Assembly: GCA_964394125.1 (NCBI GenBank)
Contig: CAYMVN010000004.1
Span: 1 to 34,385 of the forward strand
DNA from: an uncultured Pseudomonadales bacterium
GTDB taxonomy: Bacteria > Patescibacteriota > Microgenomatia > UBA1400 > PJMF01
Reading direction: 5' to 3'
DNA: 34,385 nt
Made by a program: the position numbers and the translations under genes. The notes below the pieces were generated by a model that did not search any database, had not been told where the DNA came from, and saw only the letters and a list, made by a program, of their open reading frames with translations. Within the stretch, counting starts at the first letter, position 1, and each line of letters begins with the position of its first letter. Shown here piece after piece: positions 17,203 to 23,806 of the stretch.

Positions 17203-18903
17203 CATAATAGAACTGATAGTCGGTACAGAGTCATAATTGATTGGATCACCATTCTTTTTATCAGGTTCTACCTTTTCTAATTCCACACAGACTTTTTCAT
17301 AGGTTTTACGCACGAGGTAAAATGGTTTTTGATCAGGAAATTGAATCTTTTTGCCTTCTAGTGTCAGGTTATACCCTAATGATTTCAAAATTAGGCTCTT
17401 TTCCTTACTATCGCCATTTTCAAACCAATATTTTGCATAACATGCAAAGCGGAAAGTCTTTTCTGTTAGCTCCATATACTCATCTTGACCTTCATTAAGG
17501 CTCTGGATTTGTTCCTCGAGGCTCTCATGTTGCTCTTGTAGGCTTTTTCGTTGTAAAAGGTATTCTTCCTCACCTATAAGTTCACCCTGAAGATTTTTAG
17601 GAGATATCTTTAGTTGTAGTAACTGATTTTTTTGAGCAACAATAGCTTTAAGTTGTTTAGATAAATTATCGGCAACAATAGTAGTTCGATAGGCTTCATC
17701 ATCATGAACTTCATTTAGGTACTTAATTGCCCAATCTTTAAAATCTTCTGGTATTTCGTATTGGCTCAGCTCTGTTTGGATCTGGTTGTCAATTTCATTG
17801 ATCTCTAAGTGACCTTTTTGGCTACAGTCAGGATTCTTTTTCTTTGTGCAACCATAATAAATATAATGGCGAATTTTTGCTCTTTTCATTTCATCTATAT
17901 GAACAAAACACTTCGGACAAATTTTTCTATTACCAAGATGAAACTTATATTTACAATTTGAACAAACTATTTGCCACTTTTCCTGTGCAACTATTGCCGA
18001 ATGACATTCACCGCATTTTAAAAGACCTCTGTACGGTAGATCTATTTCAGATTTATTCTTTGTCCAGGAACCTATCCTTGCTTGAAGTTGTAGAAATTCT
18101 TTTTTAGTAAGCATAGGCGTATGTTTACCCATTGTTTCACCTTCTTTTCTCACCATCCATCCGTAGTAAAACGTATCTCTAAGGATTCGGTAAAAAGCTG
18201 GTTTATAGAGTTTACAGTTACCAGATCTTCGCCTTTGCCTTGTTTTATATCCCCATTCATTTACTAACTTATGATATGCCTCTGAAACTGAATACTCTCC
18301 ACTTATAATCAGTTTCATTGCTTGTTGCAATAGAGGAAAGCGCTCTAAATCAACTATAATTTTATTTTCCTTTGTAATAGAGTCCTGAACATTTAAATAG
18401 CCTGGTTTTGCTAAGCCAATCCATTCATGTCTCTCAAAAAACTTTTGTTTATTTCCTCGTTTAACAATATCACTTAAGTCATCTGAATATTTTTTGCTCA
18501 TAGCAAATTCTATTTGAAGCATAAATTTATCATTACCTGAGCCATCATGCTTGGTTCCTTTAGCTCGAATTTCTGTAAGTTTCCCACTATCTAGTAAATA
18601 AATGATCATGCCGCCATCTAATGCATTTCGAGCTATACGGTTAACGTGCCAAACAAGAATTGCGTTTGCTTTACCTTCTTCAATCATTTTGACCATCTCG
18701 TTGAACTTTGGTCTACCCAAAGAATGTGCAGATTGAGATTCCTCAAACTCTGCAATAACCTTGAGTTTATCTCGGTTGATTACTTCTTCCAGCTCCTTTC
18801 GTTGAGCGGGAATAGAAGCTACTTGCCGTTCTTCGTCTTCGCTACTTTTTCGCAAGTACATTATGTATTTCATTTCCTGTGTTTTTTCTCTGGTATTTGC
18901 CAT
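17140..18903 (-). CDS. Large serine recombinase (integrase)
   Basis: N-terminal resolvase domain (YLRKSSEDEERQVASIPAQ with the catalytic Ser, then VWHVNRIARN). This is followed by a recombinase domain, a Cys-rich zinc ribbon (CGECHSA...CSNCKYKF...CPKC) and a coiled-coil tail. An AAGGA Shine-Dalgarno precedes the ATG at 18903. The last 21 codons are antisense tRNA-Pro. Confidence 0.9.
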   Translation of the reverse strand: MANTREKTQEMKYIMYLRKSSEDEERQVASIPAQRKELEEVINRDKLKVIAEFEESQSAHSLGRPKFNEMVKMIEEGKANAILVWHVNRIARNALDGGMIIYLLDSGKLTEIRAKGTKHDGSGNDKFMLQIEFAMSKKYSDDLSDIVKRGNKQKFFERHEWIGLAKPGYLNVQDSITKENKIIVDLERFPLLQQAMKLIISGEYSVSEAYHKLVNEWGYKTRQRRRSGNCKLYKPAFYRILRDTFYYGWMVRKEGETMGKHTPMLTKKEFLQLQARIGSWTKNKSEIDLPYRGLLKCGECHSAIVAQEKWQIVCSNCKYKFHLGNRKICPKCFVHIDEMKRAKIRHYIYYGCTKKKNPDCSQKGHLEINEIDNQIQTELSQYEIPEDFKDWAIKYLNEVHDDEAYRTTIVADNLSKQLKAIVAQKNQLLQLKISPKNLQGELIGEEEYLLQRKSLQEQHESLEEQIQSLNEGQDEYMELTEKTFRFACYAKYWFENGDSKEKSLILKSLGYNLTLEGKKIQFPDQKPFYLVRKTYEKVCVELEKVEPDKKNGDPINYDSVPTISSIMSGRQDSNLRPHAPKARILAN

Positions 18904-18930
18904 ATTTCCTTATATTTATATAGTATTTGG

Positions 18931-19125
18931 TTACTGGATCTCGTAAACTGGTACAACCGATTGAACTCTCCAATCATCTGCTTTAGGTATTGCCCGATAG
19001 ATGAGCTTAAAAAAGTTAAGTAAATCGGTTCCTAGAGTGTTTGTATCTTCGTCATTCAGTTTGATGTTAAAGTGTTTGAAATACAGTTCCTTAAAGCTGT
19101 TTACAGCATGTATTGAGAGTTTCAT
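18931..19125 (-). CDS. Hypothetical small protein (64 aa)
   Basis: Its ATG overlaps the TGA of the upstream ATPase gene (ATGA), indicating translational coupling. No recognisable motif. Confidence 0.4.
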   Translation of the reverse strand: MKLSIHAVNSFKELYFKHFNIKLNDEDTNTLGTDLLNFFKLIYRAIPKADDWRVQSVVPVYEIQ

Positions 19126-20216
19126 ATAACCCCCTTAGCCTTCAAAAGTGCAGTAATTCTTTCCGGTAAATCTGCATGAGGATCTGTGGCTTTAGGTAAC
19201 TGGACAACTACATTAGATGATTGATTGTTTGACTGAGATTCTTCAGCCTTTAGAGTAAAATATTTCCGCCCACCTTCTTTAAATGAAGTTAGTTGAACAT
19301 CATCCATACGAGTCAAGGCAATTTTTATCGTGCCTGGTGAGTACGAGACCTCTTTTTCCTCTAACCGCCGAATAATGTCAGCCTGATGAATTGGTTCAGA
19401 AGAGTTACTAATAACTTCAAGGATGTCGTCCATAGCCTGTTCCGTACTAGTTGACTCAGAATCTTTTGAAGTCTTATCTACATATCCAAGAAACTGGAAT
19501 GAATTATCATTGCCTTCAAAACTCGGAAACTGAATAACAAACGTGCCCATCGATTCATCCCAACGACTTTTGGCGTGTTCAACGGTGATAAGACCGTCTC
19601 GTTTAGAAAAGTTTAGTAAACTGTCTACCATAGCTCCGATGTCACTTGAACCACGAGGTTTATCAATACCTGCTTTTCCAGCATCTTCCTTGCCTTGATG
19701 ATGAGTAAAAATTATGGTTATTCCTTGTTGGGTAAGTTTTTTTAGCACTTCATGTACTTTAGTCACATCTTTTGACAAGTTTTCATCTCCTCCGACCACA
19801 CGAATAAAGCTATCAATGATAAGAACTTCTGATTCAGTTCTGTCTAAGAGATCTTCAATCATTTGTAAGTGTTCATCATTATTACAAAATGCATTCATGT
19901 CATCAGAAAAAGAGACTGGCAAGTTTTCATCAAATTGAAGTAGCTTCAATCGTTTCTGAATAAGTCTTCGAGGATCTTCTTTAGTAAGAATGCATACTGA
20001 CTTTGGCTCAGTGGAAAATCTATCTAAGAATGGTTGCCCAGAAGCGATCATTTGTGCCAGATAAAGAGTAAGAAAACTTTTCCCAACCCCTGGCTTACCT
20101 GTGATACAAGTAATACCTCCATTTGGAATAAGCCCTTCAACTAACCAATCAGTTTCTGGATATGAAGTTGATAGAATTTCGCCTAAAGAAAATTGGCTTA
20201 ATGTATTGTTTGTCAT
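19122..20216 (-). CDS. RecA-fold P-loop ATPase, RepA/AAA_25-like (putative element replication/helicase protein) with a C-terminal winged-helix-like region
   Basis: Walker A ITGKPGVGKSFLTLYLA, Walker B VLIIDSFIRV and IIFTHHQGKE are typical of AAA_25/RepA-like proteins. The ATG at 20216 has an AAAGGA Shine-Dalgarno and is preferred over the track start at 20306. Confidence 0.7.
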   Translation of the reverse strand: MTNNTLSQFSLGEILSTSYPETDWLVEGLIPNGGITCITGKPGVGKSFLTLYLAQMIASGQPFLDRFSTEPKSVCILTKEDPRRLIQKRLKLLQFDENLPVSFSDDMNAFCNNDEHLQMIEDLLDRTESEVLIIDSFIRVVGGDENLSKDVTKVHEVLKKLTQQGITIIFTHHQGKEDAGKAGIDKPRGSSDIGAMVDSLLNFSKRDGLITVEHAKSRWDESMGTFVIQFPSFEGNDNSFQFLGYVDKTSKDSESTSTEQAMDDILEVISNSSEPIHQADIIRRLEEKEVSYSPGTIKIALTRMDDVQLTSFKEGGRKYFTLKAEESQSNNQSSNVVVQLPKATDPHADLPERITALLKAKGVI

Positions 20217-20244
20217 AATGTTCCTTTGAATATGTTTGTAAGAT

Positions 20245-20712
20245 TTAGTTGATTTCTCCTGCAGAAAGCGAAAGAAATTTAGCGATACATTTCTCTTCGA
20301 AGTCATAGAAAGGTTCGATAACTACTCTGAGTTTCTTTCCTGCTACTTGGAGAATTGATTCATCACTGTTTATCAGTTCTGAAACTTGAAGCTTTTCAAG
20401 TAGATCTGATAGTGAGTAATTACTTTCATCCTGAGTTTCAAAAATAGGAGTAGTCGTTTGAAAATAAGTTTTGCCGTACTTCGGGATTTGAACTTCAAAG
20501 AAGAAAACATAGTGATGCTTTCCGCAGTAAAAACATTTGTGTACGCTAACTACCTCTGCCGGAAACTCACCGCTTGGAGCGGTATATTTGCAAGGTAACT
20601 TAAAGACTTTATTGTGGAGATCAATAAGATCAAGCCATTCATATAACTCCTCTAGCGGTTTGACTTGCTCAATTGAGCTGGTCATTAGTTTTTTAAACAG
20701 TTTTGATCGCAT
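20245..20712 (-). CDS. Hypothetical protein (155 aa)
   Basis: Strong AAGGAGG Shine-Dalgarno 6 nt upstream of the ATG at 20712. It is the first gene of the minus-strand backbone operon. No recognisable domain. Confidence 0.55.
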   Translation of the reverse strand: MRSKLFKKLMTSSIEQVKPLEELYEWLDLIDLHNKVFKLPCKYTAPSGEFPAEVVSVHKCFYCGKHHYVFFFEVQIPKYGKTYFQTTTPIFETQDESNYSLSDLLEKLQVSELINSDESILQVAGKKLRVVIEPFYDFEEKCIAKFLSLSAGEIN

Positions 20713-20862
20713 TGCGACCTCCTTTATTTGGTTGATAACAAGTTAATCTTCAATCAAAATTGAGTTTTAAGCGGTTACTGATGGAGTTGGAAAAAAGTTG
20801 GAAAAGTAAGAAAGAAGCACCTAGTAGTCTGGTGCTTTAGAAGAGAGCTTGGTTGAAATAGT

Positions 20863-21825
20863 TTAAACTAGCGGTAGTAAACGGTAACCCTGGTTTGTGC
20901 TGGATTTGATCATATCCACAATGTTTTGAGCTTCAATTAATGGCATTTCTATTCTGATTAAGTATTTCTTCAAATCTTGTTTAGTGGTTTTGAGACTGTT
21001 GAGATACTCTTTAGAATCATCATTCCCTGGAATGTAGTAACCCAGCATCTTTGCTAATTCAATGTAAGTAACTACACGACCACGTTCTTGCAAAAGACTC
21101 AGTAAAAATTGAATAGGTCTAATTTTCAATGAAATGTTGTATTGTTTGCCACGAAAATAAAGATTAGAGGATTTTTTATTTATAATCAGATCCCCAAATG
21201 CTAGGACATCTCTGTGAACTGAACTATTAGGATTTACTAGATCATAGACTTCATTTTGTAAACTTCTCACCATTGAGTTAAGTGAGGCAGTTTTAGCAAA
21301 AATAGGAACTTCTTCATTTGTGAATTTTCGCCCCAAGAAAAACCTATCTTTATAGTCCTCCTCATTAGCTGAATCAATTATTTCATACTTACGTTCAAAG
21401 ACATTTAAAATAGCTTGGATGGTAGTCAGATCAATGTCTTTCAATGTAGGTTCGTCATACTTAAACACCACCAATGGTTTCTGGAAGTCATCGTCATTTG
21501 ATAATTCCGCAAGTCTTTGAATGTAGAGAGCAATAGTTAGCTGATCATTAAGTATGCTGTTTTCCATAGTGTGTTGAGTCGATTGTGACTTTAGTATTAT
21601 CTCATATACCCCTCCACCTATTTTTTTCATGGCTTGGAAGAGGAGAGCCCCAGTGTAGGCTGCAGTATCTCTCGTAAGGTGCGCTATAAAAGCGATTTGT
21701 ATACAGTTCACTTTGATTTTGTATTCGCTCTTATTCCCGTATACCCAAATATAAATTGTGAGGACGGCAAAAAAGTCATTACCACTTGAACACAGAACTA
21801 TCCACTCAAGAAAATGTAATGCCAC
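20863..21825 (-). CDS. DNA-binding protein with a C-terminal OmpR/PhoB-type winged helix and no receiver domain
   Basis: The C-terminus LAFGDLIINKKSSNLYFRGKQYNISLKIRPIQFLLSLLQERGRVVTYIELAKMLG...DLKKYL...NQGYRLL follows the trans_reg_C pattern. The true start is uncertain: the GTG at 21825, or internal ATGs at 21630 or 21567. Confidence 0.6.
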   Translation of the reverse strand: MALHFLEWIVLCSSGNDFFAVLTIYIWVYGNKSEYKIKVNCIQIAFIAHLTRDTAAYTGALLFQAMKKIGGGVYEIILKSQSTQHTMENSILNDQLTIALYIQRLAELSNDDDFQKPLVVFKYDEPTLKDIDLTTIQAILNVFERKYEIIDSANEEDYKDRFFLGRKFTNEEVPIFAKTASLNSMVRSLQNEVYDLVNPNSSVHRDVLAFGDLIINKKSSNLYFRGKQYNISLKIRPIQFLLSLLQERGRVVTYIELAKMLGYYIPGNDDSKEYLNSLKTTKQDLKKYLIRIEMPLIEAQNIVDMIKSSTNQGYRLLPLV

Positions 21826-21978
21826 GAAAAGGAAACATACGTACTGAAGCCACCTAATCCATTAGGTATGCCTTTTCAAGTCCTACTCGTGTCATCTCAT
21901 GAACTCATCTTATTACAGGCATAAAAAATCAGTCAACAAGTTAACCGCTTATAGGCAGTAACTGATTGACCGATAGAT

Positions 21979-22680
21979 TTAATTTTGATTTCCTAATTTT
22001 TCTGGATCTAGTTCTAGTTCTCTAGCTGCTGCATCGATCGCATCAGCACTTTCATTCATTTTAAGTGATGCTGTTTCAATTTTTTTCATTGCATCACTTA
22101 GGGCTTTTAGATCATTTTTATCTACATATTTTTTAAAGTCTTCCAACGATTTTTGGTATAAGCCAGCGGCTATACCTAAATTACTTCGGGCTTCATTTAG
22201 TTTCTGATACTCTTTAAGTGAATCAGGAATCTTTAAATCAAAAGTCTTTGACGATAAATTTGATTGCATAGTAGAAAGTTTATCTAAAACAAGGTACGTT
22301 TCCTCTCTAGACATTTTTGAGTCAGCAAGTTCTGATAGGGTGCTTTGAACTATAAGTATTGCCTGACCAGACTTTAACCATTCTTGTCGGAACTGTTTAA
22401 AGTCTTCTTGCTTCTGTTCCAGAGTAACTACGGGCATTGGAGTAGCTGTTGCCTTTACTTCAGCTTGAACTGCTTGGGTTTCAGGAGGAGATTTTTCGGA
22501 TTCATTGCTTGATCCTATACCAAAAAAGATAATCCAAATAATTGCGATAACGCCAAGTCTGACATGTACTTTCCAATCTTGTCTCCAAACAAAATAACTA
22601 AGAGAAAAAGGGAAAAATGTGATTACTAGAAGTGCTTTCCACCAAGGATTGAACCAAGAAGAATTGATTTTATCTGACAT
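21979..22680 (-). CDS. Membrane-anchored hypothetical protein (two N-terminal TM helices and a helical, coiled-coil-like ectodomain)
   Basis: WWKALLVITFFPFSLSYFVW and VRLGVIAIIWIIFFGIGS are hydrophobic helices. An AAGGAAG Shine-Dalgarno precedes the ATG at 22680. The gene is bracketed by inverted repeats (see findings). Confidence 0.6.
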   Translation of the reverse strand: MSDKINSSWFNPWWKALLVITFFPFSLSYFVWRQDWKVHVRLGVIAIIWIIFFGIGSSNESEKSPPETQAVQAEVKATATPMPVVTLEQKQEDFKQFRQEWLKSGQAILIVQSTLSELADSKMSREETYLVLDKLSTMQSNLSSKTFDLKIPDSLKEYQKLNEARSNLGIAAGLYQKSLEDFKKYVDKNDLKALSDAMKKIETASLKMNESADAIDAAARELELDPEKLGNQN

Positions 22681-22740
22681 ACCGGCTTCCTTTCAGTTAC
22701 TGGTATGTCTGTAAATAAAAAGGGACACCCCGTAACTATC

Positions 22741-22824
22741 AGCCGGCAAGCTTCAAGTCCGTATAGGGATGCCCCTTTTTGGACTCGAAGCTTTTTAAGC
22801 ATCAAAATATAAAGCTTGCCGGCT
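22741..22824. promoter_or_regulatory. Nested imperfect palindrome in the divergent intergenic region upstream of the HamA-like gene
   Basis: agccggcaagctt (22741-22753) is the exact reverse complement of aagcttgccggct (22812-22824). The inner arms aagcttcaagtcc (22748-22760) and ggactcgaagctt (22781-22793) pair at 12 of 13 positions around a 20-nt loop. Confidence 0.4.
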
Positions 22825-22896
22825 TGTTACAGGCATTATATACCAAGTAATTCTTTCAAGTAATCTGTATTTGGGGTATATTTGGATAAATCACAT

Positions 22897-23805
22897 ATGA
22901 TTAAAGCCACTCTTAAAAATCCTGCGTTCCTAAACTTTTTTTACCACGATGCTGTCGACATAGACATTGAAGAATGTGGAACAAGACTGAACTTATTTAT
23001 TCCTAAAATAGAGTCAAACAGGTTTGCATATGAAGAATTATCAGAGCTACTTGAAGAAGCCTTAAGTACATATGCGTTATCACGTAAAACATATGCTGGT
23101 TTTATTGATGATAATAAGCACTCTAGAATGGTAAAAACAGCAATTAGCCGGTTGAAGAACTATCTAGATAACACAGGAGAACTGGGTGAGTTGTTTCTCT
23201 ACTGCTTTTTAGAGAGTCATTTGAAAGCTCCAAAGATAATTACAAAGCTTGAGATTAAAACCTCTACAGAACACTATGTTTATGGTTCAGATGGCATTCA
23301 CTTATTTCAGGCAGAAGATTCTAGGTACAAACTCATTTTTGGTGAATCTAAACTAATGCCAAATCTAACTACAGCAATTACGGAAGCATTTAATTCAATT
23401 AGTGATATTCTCTCAAGAGAAAAGAATAATATTCAAGATGAGTTATTCCTCGTCACAAGTAATTTGGAAAAGGAAACTTTTTCTAAAAGTGAGCTTGATA
23501 GTCTTCTCAGCATCTTAAAACCCTCAGCAGTAGGAAATATAAAAACAGATAAAGCTTTTGCCATTTTTGTCGGCTATGAAACAACAATAAAAGCAGTAGA
23601 AATGAGCCTTGCAAATGGTGATTTTGAACAATTGATTAGAAAACGGATTTTAGACGAGGTGGCAACAAAATATGAACACATTAAGAATAAAATAAAAGAT
23701 AAAAATTTATTAGGCTATAATTTTTATATCTATCCGTTTCCTTTTACAGAACTATCTAAAACTAGAGCAGAAATAATAAAACAACTAACAAGAATTGATT
23801 CTTAA
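22897..23805 (+). CDS. hamA: HamA-like protein (DUF1837-like, PD-(D/E)xK-type D...ExK signature), putative Hachiman effector
   Basis: Candidate nuclease core: ELGELFLYCFLESHLKAPKI...YGSDGIHLFQAEDSRYKLIFGESKL. Its size of about 300 aa and its position directly upstream of, and coupled to, a large SF2 helicase match the Hachiman architecture. The assignment rests on motif and architecture, not on a computed HMM hit. The ATG at 22897 is preferred over the TTG at 22882. Confidence 0.55.
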   Translation: MIKATLKNPAFLNFFYHDAVDIDIEECGTRLNLFIPKIESNRFAYEELSELLEEALSTYALSRKTYAGFIDDNKHSRMVKTAISRLKNYLDNTGELGELFLYCFLESHLKAPKIITKLEIKTSTEHYVYGSDGIHLFQAEDSRYKLIFGESKLMPNLTTAITEAFNSISDILSREKNNIQDELFLVTSNLEKETFSKSELDSLLSILKPSAVGNIKTDKAFAIFVGYETTIKAVEMSLANGDFEQLIRKRILDEVATKYEHIKNKIKDKNLLGYNFYIYPFPFTELSKTRAEIIKQLTRIDS

Positions 23806-23806
23806 T

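Noticed and set aside
17199-17206. Short direct repeats shared by both junctions: CCGACA (17199-17204 and 28288-28293) and ACATA (17202-17206 and 28307-28311), considered as possible crossover cores.
   Set aside because: Matches of 5-6 nt in windows this size are expected by chance, and their spacing relative to the inverted motif is asymmetric. The crossover dinucleotide cannot be assigned from sequence alone.
20217-20306. The N-terminal extension of the RepA-like ORF (track start 20306), which overlaps the upstream 155-aa gene by 62 nt.
   Set aside because: The internal ATG at 20216 has a good AAAGGA Shine-Dalgarno and removes the overlap. The extension is basic, low-complexity sequence with no support.
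20816-20838. The hairpin agcacc-tagtagtct-ggtgct downstream of the wHTH gene, considered as a terminator.
   Set aside because: It has only a 6-bp stem and a 9-nt loop, with a weak T-run on the relevant strand. This is too marginal to annotate.
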